A stretch of DNA of 64,000 bases from a virus (IMGVR_UViG_3300028045_000001:1-64000); one strand, 5' to 3'; shown: positions 46,938 through 56,063, numbered from the stretch's first letter. The notes: generated by a model not told the origin, from the letters alone. Numbers and translations: made by a program.

Positions 46938-47747
46938 TTATTTAAATGGGAACCATCTCCTGTGATGCAGTGACACCACATTGAATTTATCAGTTAGTAC
47001 CTTCATACGTAATTGTATAGTCTTATTCGCTACTATTAACTCTGCTATTATCTGAGGTTCATCTTTAAACTTTTGTTTTTTAAGGTACTCCGTCACCGAT
47101 ATAGTAGTCTCGCCATCCCACAATGGAATCTTGATAGAGATAGATGTTTCTTTGTCTAAGGTTTCTATTTCCCCGTCTTTAAAATGGAGAAAAGAGGTCT
47201 CGCTTTTTTTAAATGCAGCACTATCTATTTTTTTTGCTACAATATGTCGACCATCCTGTGCTTCGATCTGATTATCAATTGAAAATTGAATGTGCTCACT
47301 TATAGCTCTCCCAATCTCTATGTCTCTTATTACAACATCTTTGGGATGTTCTTTAGGTGTGAGCACTTTAAATCCCTGCTTTGTATTAACAGTTCTAACA
47401 TCCTTAATGTAAAAAAGGTTGTTCTCAATCGATATCTTTATGTCTCTTATATCGGCATACTTATTAATGACTGTAGCTAACCGTTTAGACATAAGACATA
47501 TGTTATTTTTTTCGAAGGCTGGGAATACACTATAAAGGGCATTCATAAATTCAGGATCTTTGAACGACACCTTATGAATCGGGCGATGTTTTATAGTAGT
47601 ATCGTAGTGGATGATATCATTTTCTTCCATTGTTGTGTAGTAACATATTCCGTTCACTATATAAATATATTCATTTTGGCGTCTACATAATGAAAGGTAT
47701 TCTTTTATAATCTTTTTTTCATTAACTGTATCTTGTTTCTTTGCCAT
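46938..47747 (-). CDS. hypothetical protein (269 aa)
   Basis: AAGGGG RBS. No motif recognised. Confidence 0.6.
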   Translation of the reverse strand: MAKKQDTVNEKKIIKEYLSLCRRQNEYIYIVNGICYYTTMEENDIIHYDTTIKHRPIHKVSFKDPEFMNALYSVFPAFEKNNICLMSKRLATVINKYADIRDIKISIENNLFYIKDVRTVNTKQGFKVLTPKEHPKDVVIRDIEIGRAISEHIQFSIDNQIEAQDGRHIVAKKIDSAAFKKSETSFLHFKDGEIETLDKETSISIKIPLWDGETTISVTEYLKKQKFKDEPQIIAELIVANKTIQLRMKVLTDKFNVVSLHHRRWFPFK

Positions 47748-47765
47748 GTCCCATACCCCTTAAGT

Positions 47766-48119
47766 TTAATAAAGAAAGTTTTTCATTGGGGGGTCTGACT
47801 CATTATCCATTGCAAACCCGTTCGCATCTGCCATGAGCCGTGACATTGCGGTATTGGCAGGTGATGTTGGATTGAGTAGATCTGAGCCAGCTACTGATTG
47901 CTTTTGTGGGACGACGTGCTCCAATAGTTTCGTCATGCTTGCATGTGCTGCGCTCGCACGGCTGATCATTTTTTTTAAACCCGCAGTACTCTCCCTTTGT
48001 ATCTTCTTTGCATTCGCACGCTTGCGTTGCTCTGACTTCTTGGCTCGTTTTACTTTCTTTTTTTTTCTTCGATCTCTATTATTAGTACCCATATTTACCC
48101 CCACAATTGTCACGCTCAT
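47766..48119 (-). CDS. small highly basic protein
   Basis: ATGA overlap with the upstream gene. Contains RDRRKKKKVKRAKKSEQRKRANAKK, so it may bind nucleic acid. Confidence 0.5.
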   Translation of the reverse strand: MSVTIVGVNMGTNNRDRRKKKKVKRAKKSEQRKRANAKKIQRESTAGLKKMISRASAAHASMTKLLEHVVPQKQSVAGSDLLNPTSPANTAMSRLMADANGFAMDNESDPPMKNFLY

Positions 48120-48610
48120 TTAATGTTAATAAATTTGTCCTTTTCTGATATAGCGTATTCGACCATATTTCCAATAACTGTACGAAGCTGCTCTTCCTTA
48201 TCCTTTAGTGCAACTTGGGCGGCATGCACTTCCGAGAACGCTGTCGTAACATCGTCCTCGTCGCTCAGTTTAGTGAATAGCGAAGGCTCGTCGATAATCA
48301 AGTCAAGTACAGTGTTAACGCGCTTACTAATAAGGTTCGGGGCACTTGCGAGCTTGGCAATGTATGGATCAACTAATTTCTCTGCGCCGGCTACACATTT
48401 ACCAATAACGCTTGCATTTTTAGTGATGTCGAAAATTTGTTTTTTAATGGCTACTGCATCGGTGCCACCCTTCTTTAGGTTGAGGGCACGCTCCTTCAAT
48501 AGAGCTACATCACACATTGCCCCGAGTACATCCTTTGTTCGCTCTTCCAATGAAGCGAACTCTTCCTTTCCTATAGCAACGTTATTGGATAGCATCTTCT
48601 TAATGTCCAT
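48116..48610 (-). CDS. hypothetical protein (about 164 aa)
   Basis: AGGAG RBS before the internal Met (MDIKKMLSNN). The longer tracked N-terminus looks like read-through of the promoter region. Confidence 0.55.
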   Translation of the reverse strand: MDIKKMLSNNVAIGKEEFASLEERTKDVLGAMCDVALLKERALNLKKGGTDAVAIKKQIFDITKNASVIGKCVAGAEKLVDPYIAKLASAPNLISKRVNTVLDLIIDEPSLFTKLSDEDDVTTAFSEVHAAQVALKDKEEQLRTVIGNMVEYAISEKDKFINIK

Positions 48611-48715
48611 CTTTGGTATTCTCCTAATATAGTAGTGAATAATAAAATATAGCACCGTCAAATTATATGATGACAACAAACATATAAAATATATAAGGTA
48701 CTGGGGGTATATAAA

Positions 48716-50917
48716 ATGAATTGTGCTGCACGTGAATCAATGCTTGAAACGTATGTACTCAAGCAAGTTAACGGCTACTTGCTGGCCAATCCCGGGGCGG
48801 ACCGAGATAAAGTATCAAGTATAGTTCAAAATGAGGTTACGGCGAACTTCAAAGATAAGCACCTGGTGAATGTAATCATAGAAAAAGGGGAGTACGTTCT
48901 AAAAAAAGAAAAACTCTCGGAGATCGTCGAAACAACCAGAGATAAGGTTATTGCTCCAAGTGGTAGCATATATTTTACGCCAGATGTAAAAGAATCGGTC
49001 ACATCAAGAATGCTACGGACCAGGGTAAGTGAGCGCGATGCTGCGAAACTGGCTGGGTTCGTAGCTACGCAGCGGGGGGACCACGAGCTAGCGCTATCTA
49101 AACATTTTGAGCAGTCTAATAAAAAGGTTATGGTTAACTCTCTGCCAGGAGCGTTCAACGCCCCGCAAAATGTCCACTGCGACAGAGGGAACTATAACGC
49201 TATAACGTCAATCGGCCGCGCAATTATAAAATCCTGTTACACTGTTTGTGAACAACTACTTGGAGGCAACTTCCATTGGAAGGATGATGACGCTGTAGTT
49301 AACTACATAGAGACCCACCTATCCACGATGCCTCCTGAAAGTGAGGTCATGGATACAGTACATAGCCACAAGCTCAAAATACCAACTGTGGATGAGACAG
49401 TTAATTTTATTTTGACTATGGTTGACAAATACTCAATAACTCCATCCATACCCATATCAGAAAAAATAGTTAGATGTATGACCGAACCACAGCGAACATA
49501 CTTCTATTATGTCAATAATTTAAAACACCTGATAATCGAAAACGAAGTTATATTTAAACCAATGCTAAAAAAGTTCTTTGATATTAAAGATATTAAAGGG
49601 TCTCCCGGTACAGATCCAAACGAACTATTAGAGATGGATGAAAATCTATTAGTCATAATTTGCTCGAATGCCTACATGGACCTTAGGTATACTTCCAAGG
49701 ATGGGAGGGTAAAAAACCGAACGCTTCCCGAGTTTGTAAAAAATAACCCAGATGGAGCAAGACGATTCATAGCTATAGGGCGACACTTTGAATCAATTTT
49801 AAACCCATGTAAACTTCTAATGGATGTCCTTATTGACACCGATACCAGTATAGCAGATATTCAAACAAAACAAAATACTGTACGAAATACAATAATTGGA
49901 TCCGATACGGACAGTTGTATATTTTCATGTCATAAGTGGGTAGAGTGGTATACTGGTGAGCCGGTTAAAACAACTCCTGGGATGTATGAGATCGCATCAA
50001 TAGTCATATACTGGTTAGTTATGCTTATAAAACCAACCCTACATAAATTCAGTGTTGACCACGGAGTTACTGACTCCCAGGCCACTATTTTAAAGATGAA
50101 GAACGAATTCTTGCAACCTATATTTATGGGCTTCTCTATTAAAAAACAAGATGCCTCAATAGTCTCTATCATTGAAGGCAACGTACTGGTCGAACCGAAA
50201 ATTAATATGAAAGGGCTAGGTCTAAAATCCTCCACGTTTACAAAAAAGACTCTCGAACTCATAAATGTACTCGTTGTTAAAGATATATTGATGGGTGCTC
50301 AAGAGGGGCCGATATCTGGGAAGGCAATTATAAATAAATGCCTCAGGAGAGAAGTTGAAATTATTGATAGTTTGAAGAATGGCGAGATGGACTTTTTGAA
50401 ATCGCTATCTGCCAATCCTCCAAGTGAATATAAAAATCCTATGTCGAGTAACTATGCATATGTGCATTTTTGGAATGAGGTGTACGCTAAGAGCCATGGT
50501 AAAATAGAGGTTCCATCTAAACCTATAATGGTTACCTTGAGCGAACCTACGATCGGCTACATTGATTGGTTAAAAGAAAACTACCCTGTAGTGTATAATG
50601 ACATTGATAAGCTACTGGATTATATTTGGAGCGTCTATATAGAAACTGCAAGAAAAAAGAAACCAAATATTCCTGAACAAAAACTGCTACCTAAGAACAT
50701 CCTACAAAAATGGAAAAAGTGTCCAAGCAAATTAGCAATCAATGGGGAGTACAATAAAGTACCAAAATCAATTATCTCATTAATCGCAGTTAGAGATATA
50801 GTTTTTCAAAACATGAAACCCATATACGTCATATTAGAATCTTTAGGTATTGTAACCTACACAACTAATACAGATAAAAAACTCACGCTATTATCTGACC
50901 AGTACGAGCCATACTAA
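48716..50917 (+). CDS. family-B-like DNA polymerase, catalytic (palm/fingers/thumb) part
   Basis: KVMVNSLPGAF resembles motif B (K...NS.YG). IIGSDTDSCIF matches motif C (DTDS, codons 49904-49915). I saw no exonuclease motifs and no clear motif A, so the enzyme is probably split. Confidence 0.6.
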   Translation: MNCAARESMLETYVLKQVNGYLLANPGADRDKVSSIVQNEVTANFKDKHLVNVIIEKGEYVLKKEKLSEIVETTRDKVIAPSGSIYFTPDVKESVTSRMLRTRVSERDAAKLAGFVATQRGDHELALSKHFEQSNKKVMVNSLPGAFNAPQNVHCDRGNYNAITSIGRAIIKSCYTVCEQLLGGNFHWKDDDAVVNYIETHLSTMPPESEVMDTVHSHKLKIPTVDETVNFILTMVDKYSITPSIPISEKIVRCMTEPQRTYFYYVNNLKHLIIENEVIFKPMLKKFFDIKDIKGSPGTDPNELLEMDENLLVIICSNAYMDLRYTSKDGRVKNRTLPEFVKNNPDGARRFIAIGRHFESILNPCKLLMDVLIDTDTSIADIQTKQNTVRNTIIGSDTDSCIFSCHKWVEWYTGEPVKTTPGMYEIASIVIYWLVMLIKPTLHKFSVDHGVTDSQATILKMKNEFLQPIFMGFSIKKQDASIVSIIEGNVLVEPKINMKGLGLKSSTFTKKTLELINVLVVKDILMGAQEGPISGKAIINKCLRREVEIIDSLKNGEMDFLKSLSANPPSEYKNPMSSNYAYVHFWNEVYAKSHGKIEVPSKPIMVTLSEPTIGYIDWLKENYPVVYNDIDKLLDYIWSVYIETARKKKPNIPEQKLLPKNILQKWKKCPSKLAINGEYNKVPKSIISLIAVRDIVFQNMKPIYVILESLGIVTYTTNTDKKLTLLSDQYEPY

Positions 50918-50948
50918 CCACTAATTAAAAAGGAAAGGATAGGTTAAA

Positions 50949-51440
50949 ATGATTAATGGCACAGAAATAAAACAGTACATTGGAATTAAAATTGTTAAGG
51001 GCTGTCCTATGACACGTGGAGAGTCTGCTATGCTACGTGGCGTCACACTTGACCCAAGTATCGATAAGCATGAACCAGGGTACCACGTCATATACCCTGA
51101 TGACTATGCATCGTGGTCGCCAGAGGATGTGTGGGAGCAGGCGTATTTAGAGCTTCCTGGTGATGGATCATATGTTGAGGATGCAATGGTGAAAAAGTTC
51201 ATTGGAGATATCGAATCAAAAAAGGTGGGTACCTCTACCACACATGTTACAGCCACTATGCTAACTGGGTTCATTCATTGCGATCGATCTGTCTGCGACA
51301 ACCCTAAGCGATACAATTATGCTGTTGGTACGAAGGTAGCTACTGAGAAAATAAAACAAAGAATCATAGAAGGCCTCTCATTTGTATTGCAGTGGGGAAA
51401 GTATGGCCTTACAGGATATAAGGATCTGGAAAAAGAATAA
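50949..51440 (+). CDS. N4-gp49 / Sf6-gp66-like phage protein
   Basis: IKIVKGCPMTRGE...PGYHVIYPDDYASWSPEDVWEQAYLEL, then a second half ending LSFVLQW. This matches my recollection of that family's pattern. Confidence 0.5.
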   Translation: MINGTEIKQYIGIKIVKGCPMTRGESAMLRGVTLDPSIDKHEPGYHVIYPDDYASWSPEDVWEQAYLELPGDGSYVEDAMVKKFIGDIESKKVGTSTTHVTATMLTGFIHCDRSVCDNPKRYNYAVGTKVATEKIKQRIIEGLSFVLQWGKYGLTGYKDLEKE

Positions 51441-51451
51441 ATGTACTAACA

Positions 51452-51481
51452 CATAGGGGTGGTCTAAGGACCACCCCTATG
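51452..51481 (+). terminator. hairpin terminator
   Basis: 13-bp stem CATAGGGGTGGTC/GACCACCCCTATG with a 4-nt loop. Weak T tract. Confidence 0.6.
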
Positions 51482-51515
51482 TCCCACCTCCACTGTCTTT
51501 TCAGTTCTTATTACT

Positions 51516-51525
51516 CATATATAAC
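51516..51525 (+). promoter_or_regulatory. promoter-like motif variant CATATATAAC
   Basis: Lies 64 nt before the ATG at 51580, the same spacing class as the other copies. Confidence 0.35.
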
Positions 51526-51579
51526 TACAGTGAGTAAGTCAATCACTAATGAAAACTTATATACAAGGGAGTGTAAAAA

Positions 51580-51972
51580 ATGAAAAAAATGATATTATTC
51601 ATTGTGGCTATAACTTGTTCTTTGTTGGCCGTCTTAGCTGCTATATTTATTAAGACGATGGACGTGGGAATAATTACTGCATCTGTAATCGTCGTGCTTG
51701 GAATGGCGTCGGCAATAGGCGTTAGTGTGGCACTGATGATACGTCCGATTACAGCTATTTCTAATATAGACATGGGGCTATATGTAAGTTGCCAAGGTAC
51801 ATGCATAGTACTTGCAGCAGTCCTTATGTATAACTTGTCTGACATCAATGCATTCGGCGCTGGATTGATGGCTGTTGGAAAATCTTGTCTTATCGTGGCG
51901 CTAATTCAGATCATTGTGCTCGTAGCCATCTTAGTCCTCAGTAAGATGGCGCGGAAAATTAAATGTCTTTGA
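51580..51972 (+). CDS. small integral membrane protein (about 4 TM segments)
   Basis: GGGAG RBS. Almost entirely hydrophobic. Confidence 0.6.
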   Translation: MKKMILFIVAITCSLLAVLAAIFIKTMDVGIITASVIVVLGMASAIGVSVALMIRPITAISNIDMGLYVSCQGTCIVLAAVLMYNLSDINAFGAGLMAVGKSCLIVALIQIIVLVAILVLSKMARKIKCL

Positions 51973-51982
51973 CTGATGGGTA

Positions 51983-52050
51983 GTGACGGGGATAGTATGG
52001 GCTATGATAAGCCCATACTATCCCCGTCACTCAGAGATTATTTTTTTTTA
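51983..52050 (+). terminator. intrinsic terminator
   Basis: 20-bp perfect stem GTGACGGGGATAGTATGGGC/GCCCATACTATCCCCGTCAC with an 8-nt loop, then a T9 tract. Confidence 0.85.
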
Positions 52051-52070
52051 TATCTCAGTATGTTTTTATC

Positions 52071-52080
52071 TATATATTAC
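52071..52080 (+). promoter_or_regulatory. early-promoter-like motif TATATATTAC
   Basis: Exact motif, 71 nt before the ATG at 52142. Confidence 0.55.
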
Positions 52081-52141
52081 TACTAAGAGGCAAACTATAA
52101 GGTATTGCAATTACAAATTTATTAAAAAGGAGAAACTAACT

Positions 52142-53137
52142 ATGATCGACCACCTTACTATTCTTGTGAAGCGAATGGGGGAAGATACCTCAGGCGAGTT
52201 TAATATTTCGAATATGAGTATCCGCTTCAACAATCTTGACGGAGGAACATTTCCAATAAAAGCTCCCAATTACATTGGCCTTTATTATGGCAGTCCCACT
52301 TTTGCAATAACACATATTGCTTCTATAAGTTCCATAGTAAAGGAAGAAGCCTGTCATACTTATTATCTTGATTCAATGAAGAAGCTAACTACACCAATCA
52401 AACTTACTGATACTGTAGAAGGCGATAAAGCCATTAGAAAATACGAGTACTGGACAGTGTGTGAACTTGGCTTACACGAATGTTGTAGTGGACTATCGCC
52501 ACATCACTACATTGATCCCTCTGTGCCATTGCCACTACAACACGGTCATGTACATCCACACGATCATATGGCACAACCACCACAATACGGTTATGTACAT
52601 CCACATGGTCATATGCCCCAGAGTATCTTACAAAATGGACTACGTTCATTGAGGGAAGGTTATATGATGCCTAAGGATCTTGATAGTCCACTCTCGGAAG
52701 AAGACAAGCTGAGAACGCCATCAAGTAGCTATGTGCGTGCAGTACCCAAACCTAACGTTGTAGAATCCCCATACACTTATGTAACCGATAAGGATAATGA
52801 GGAGCCATCAGCCAAACCTCACTTGGTAAGTCATAGCGTTGCAACTATGGAGGCGCTTACACGTGGACTTGCAGATGAAAGGATACGCGAACGTGCAGCC
52901 TCTGGGGAAGTAACACTGGAATTAGACGAGACGCTCACCGCTATTACTGGTGGTGATATCGTAGAAAGCGATAGCGTATCTTCCGACATACTTACCCGTA
53001 CTGAAGATAACCATGTACTTTCCTCAGACGATTCACCTGTGGTTTGTAACCAAACAAAAGAAGGTGAAGACGTCTCTCCAGTTCTTAAGGATGAGGAGGA
53101 CGAATCACCACAACATGTAGAGGGGACACACAGATAG
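52142..53137 (+). CDS. hypothetical protein with a His-rich tandem repeat and an acidic tail
   Basis: AAGGAG RBS. Contains HGHVHPHDHMAQPPQYGYVHPHGHMPQ. The tracked start at 51983 lies inside the terminator. Confidence 0.6.
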   Translation: MIDHLTILVKRMGEDTSGEFNISNMSIRFNNLDGGTFPIKAPNYIGLYYGSPTFAITHIASISSIVKEEACHTYYLDSMKKLTTPIKLTDTVEGDKAIRKYEYWTVCELGLHECCSGLSPHHYIDPSVPLPLQHGHVHPHDHMAQPPQYGYVHPHGHMPQSILQNGLRSLREGYMMPKDLDSPLSEEDKLRTPSSSYVRAVPKPNVVESPYTYVTDKDNEEPSAKPHLVSHSVATMEALTRGLADERIRERAASGEVTLELDETLTAITGGDIVESDSVSSDILTRTEDNHVLSSDDSPVVCNQTKEGEDVSPVLKDEEDESPQHVEGTHR

Positions 53138-53191
53138 TTGAAGTATCTGATGAAGAGGTGTTCGATCAAATACTTCGATAAGGGGGGACTA

Positions 53192-53485
53192 ATGGATCAA
53201 AACTTAGAGCAGTTGTGTGAGGAGATAATAAGTGAGACAAAGGCACTTATATTAAACTACATAGATAACAAGTTGGAGCCACAAGTGTTGCGGGACACCG
53301 TACAGGGTTTACTTGGCAAGTATGTGGATGTACTCCGCATGATCGAGGGTAAACAAGACTATTTCAATTTAGATAATCCTAAAGTCTCTGACTTACTGCA
53401 AAGATTCACCTCCGCCCAATCAATTCTTGACCTGACATCACTCATGGTCATGGAGAATGACGCAGTCGAGGTTGGTGGATTTTAA
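53192..53485 (+). CDS. hypothetical protein, paralog pair member 1
   Basis: AAGGGGGG RBS. LCEEIISETKALILNYIDNKLEPQVL aligns with LCAELLSQAKVFLLDYIDNKLDPEEL in the next ORF. Confidence 0.55.
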   Translation: MDQNLEQLCEEIISETKALILNYIDNKLEPQVLRDTVQGLLGKYVDVLRMIEGKQDYFNLDNPKVSDLLQRFTSAQSILDLTSLMVMENDAVEVGGF

Positions 53486-53507
53486 AAAATAAATAGGAGA
53501 TATACTA

Positions 53508-53897
53508 ATGGGTAAAGTTAAAAGGAAGTCGCCCCAAAGATCAACGGAGACGGAACGATATGTAACCAGTGTATGTGCTGAGGCAGCAAGCCTTAGACCG
53601 CAGAGTTACGACGATGAATGGGGGCAGTTATATGAGAAACTGGCGAAAAAGCCCTGGTTACGACCAAAGCCTTCCGCAGAAGGACTATGTGCGGAGCTAC
53701 TATCGCAAGCCAAGGTATTTTTATTAGATTATATCGATAACAAATTGGATCCAGAGGAGTTAAAGTCTACCAAAATGTCCTTGGTGAGAAAGTATGTGGA
53801 GGTAGCTACCTTGATAGAAACACAGGGCTGCAGTGATTGCGATAATGTATCTGCTATGCTACAAAAACTGAAATTGGTATTTTCTATGCTCCCATAA
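53508..53897 (+). CDS. hypothetical protein, paralog pair member 2
   Basis: AGGAG RBS. See the previous entry. Confidence 0.55.
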   Translation: MGKVKRKSPQRSTETERYVTSVCAEAASLRPQSYDDEWGQLYEKLAKKPWLRPKPSAEGLCAELLSQAKVFLLDYIDNKLDPEELKSTKMSLVRKYVEVATLIETQGCSDCDNVSAMLQKLKLVFSMLP

Positions 53898-54011
53898 GAT
53901 ACAATTTTAAAGTGCCGATGATAAACGGTATGACGGAGAAACCTGATCCGAAAACTATACATACCCGAGAGTTAAGTGGAAACACCATCGATCCTTAACA
54001 CTAATTACGTT

Positions 54012-54044
54012 GTACCTACTTGGCCATTTAGGCCAAGTAGGTAC
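54012..54044 (+). terminator. hairpin terminator
   Basis: 14-bp stem GTACCTACTTGGCC/GGCCAAGTAGGTAC with a 5-nt loop. Confidence 0.6.
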
Positions 54045-54203
54045 GTCGTTAAAGGGAAATGAGATGGACCTTGGACACTCCTTGTATGCACTGCCAAGTA
54101 TGCATAGTCAAAGTATCCTTACAACAGTTACGAGAGTAAAATATGGGTCATAACATGATGCGAGTTTTTTAAATCAACTACATGACTCTTAATTTTTTTC
54201 ATC

Positions 54204-54213
54204 TATATATTAC
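54204..54213 (+). promoter_or_regulatory. early-promoter-like motif TATATATTAC
   Basis: Exact motif after AATTTTTTTCATC. Lies 67 nt before the ATG at 54271. Confidence 0.55.
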
Positions 54214-54270
54214 CATAATGAGTAACAATCTATTAATTTAATTTACACAAAGGAGAGAGTATACACTATC

Positions 54271-54735
54271 ATGAAAAAGCATATGCGGTCGACACTTATA
54301 TTTAATCTATTATTTGGCTTTGTTTTCTTTACTTCGATTGGGATAGGCTTTGCAATTATGGTGAAAGCGGAGATAATGTCGACCATATTAGTACTGGTAA
54401 TTTGGAGTGTCTGCATGCTGCACACCAATTTTGTAAGTCTTGAAGTCACTATGGCAGAGGGTGGGACTACCATGGACTACGTGTACCGTTCTTTCTTCAG
54501 TACTCTGAGTGTTCTCGTAATTATGTTAATTGTTATCTGGAGATTAGGAGGAATAGAAACCGTTCCATCGGGTATGTGGGTGATATTTACCACATGGGTA
54601 GGCGGGGTGCTACTCAGTCCGATCGTGTTCGTCCCATTAATAATTAAAGAGATGTTATCGTCAGATGCCAAAACTTTGCGGCTGCGATTTTTTGATGCCT
54701 GCAGAAAAGTAGTAAAGCGATACCTTGTCCCATAA
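54271..54735 (+). CDS. integral membrane protein (about 4 TM segments)
   Basis: AAGGAGAG RBS. Hydrophobic throughout. Confidence 0.6.
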   Translation: MKKHMRSTLIFNLLFGFVFFTSIGIGFAIMVKAEIMSTILVLVIWSVCMLHTNFVSLEVTMAEGGTTMDYVYRSFFSTLSVLVIMLIVIWRLGGIETVPSGMWVIFTTWVGGVLLSPIVFVPLIIKEMLSSDAKTLRLRFFDACRKVVKRYLVP

Positions 54736-54762
54736 ATGATAGTTATATTGGAGGATAACGAG

Positions 54763-55191
54763 ATGAAAGAATTAACTTCAGTGTACGTAGCGCAGGTGTC
54801 CTACGTAGTTGCATTGTGCGGTTTGATTATACTTAACTATGAGATTGAACTTTGTTCTGGGATGGCAGCGACCGCACTCATAACCTACCATAGGATAAAG
54901 ACCATAAATAATTTTTACATCAAGTCTGTACCAGCTAATCGAATGCAATACAATGGAGGAGTGGTGATCGTGTACTTGTCGATATTGCTTTATATGTACA
55001 GACTCAATGGAGTTACTACATTTACAGATGGGGTAATATCTGTAGGTATTTCATGGGCGATATTAATTATTGTGCTGATCATTATCCCTGTGACATACAT
55101 CCAGATTAGACGTAGAGTAGGACATGTCGACGATGACTTCACTGCGGCATACATGGAGAATGCGGAAAAATTATTGGATAAAGAAGATTAG
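54763..55191 (+). CDS. integral membrane protein (about 4 TM segments)
   Basis: GGAGGA lies 7 nt before the ATG at 54763 (MKELTSVY). Confidence 0.6.
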   Translation: MKELTSVYVAQVSYVVALCGLIILNYEIELCSGMAATALITYHRIKTINNFYIKSVPANRMQYNGGVVIVYLSILLYMYRLNGVTTFTDGVISVGISWAILIIVLIIIPVTYIQIRRRVGHVDDDFTAAYMENAEKLLDKED

Positions 55192-55236
55192 GGGCACCCA
55201 AAGGATAGTGTGATTCATAAAACTAATTTCCATTAC

Positions 55237-55277
55237 ATAACACCCACAGTGACTATTATAGTCACTGTGGGTGTTAT
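55237..55277. terminator. bidirectional terminator between convergent genes
   Basis: 17-bp stem ATAACACCCACAGTGAC/GTCACTGTGGGTGTTAT with a 7-nt loop. Confidence 0.75.
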
Positions 55278-55281
55278 AGCC

Positions 55282-55581
55282 CTAAGTAAACCGTATAAGA
55301 TTCTTCACCGATCTTTTTTTTACTGCAACTATACCATCGTCGGTCTTGTAATGTACCCATGAAAATGTGACATTGTGAACAGATGCGTTGGTTACAACGT
55401 GTCCGTTAGGAAAAACTATTTTTTTATATTTTTTTTGGTCACTGAATCTATAGTGCGAATTGAATACGTCACATATGCCGATATATACATTTGCAAAGAT
55501 GTCCAATACAATAGGAATAAGAAATGTTGTAACGATTGCAGTCATACTAAGAATTGTTATAATGTTGATGTGTTCACTCAT
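55282..55581 (-). CDS. small protein with an N-terminal TM segment
   Basis: Preferred over the antisense ORF 55375..55737, which is low-complexity. Weak RBS. Confidence 0.45.
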   Translation of the reverse strand: MSEHINIITILSMTAIVTTFLIPIVLDIFANVYIGICDVFNSHYRFSDQKKYKKIVFPNGHVVTNASVHNVTFSWVHYKTDDGIVAVKKRSVKNLIRFT

Positions 55582-55657
55582 GTTATCAACCCCATAATTA
55601 AATTAATGTTATATAACCACCCATTTAAATTATGTTACTACGAAAAGGTAATTGGAA

Positions 55658-55691
55658 AAGTACTCTCGGCCGTAATTGGCCGAGAGTACTT
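55658..55691 (-). terminator. minus-strand intrinsic terminator
   Basis: 14-bp stem AAGTACTCTCGGCC/GGCCGAGAGTACTT. Read on the minus strand it is followed by TTTTCCAATTACCTTTT. Confidence 0.65.
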
Positions 55692-55780
55692 TCGCATAAT
55701 ACACGCACTAACCAATCAAAAGGAATCTATGACATAAAATGAATGTGGCATGCACCCATTGGATATCTTTCGTTATAATT

Positions 55781-56010
55781 GCAGGGCCTGTCCAACATAG
55801 CCAACACCTGGAGTAGTATATGCTCCGGCTGTAGCGCCGGCAGGTTCGCACTACAACAACTGAGTACCCCTCTCAGCCATACGGGACCCTCATGATGGGT
55901 TGCATCGAGCGGGTCCGTTCAGGTGGATGTGGCTGCATCATGACATATTAGAGGTACATGGTTGTGCTCGTCATGGGTGTGTGGCGGTCAGTTGGACACC
56001 AGGCCCTGCA
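55781..56010. ncRNA. candidate ~230-nt structured RNA closed by a long terminal helix
   Basis: GCAGGGCCTG-TCCAAC (55781-55796) pairs with GTTGGA(CAC)CAGGCCCTGC (55991-56009), giving 17 Watson-Crick bp with one 3-nt bulge. Internal pairings are TCATGATG/CATCATGA, GGACCC/GGGTCC and CCGGC/GCCGG. The segment is GC-richer than its flanks and has no ORF. The strand is undetermined. Confidence 0.35.
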
Positions 56011-56063
56011 AATCGTAAAAGACATTAATATTTATTCACTACATATAATAGTTAAACAATGTG

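Noticed and set aside
53898-54203. Small ORFs (16-22 codons) and hairpins in the 300-nt spacer after ORF 53508.
   Set aside because: The ORFs lack convincing RBSs. Apart from the terminator at 54012-54044, the pairings are short and could be chance. I recorded this only as an unusually long spacer.
55375-55737. Plus-strand 120-aa ORF overlapping the minus-strand gene 55282..55581.
   Set aside because: It is a low-complexity, Cys/Asn/Tyr-rich translation of AT-rich DNA. It runs through the minus-strand terminator hairpin and has no RBS. The minus-strand ORF has a plausible TM-plus-domain layout.
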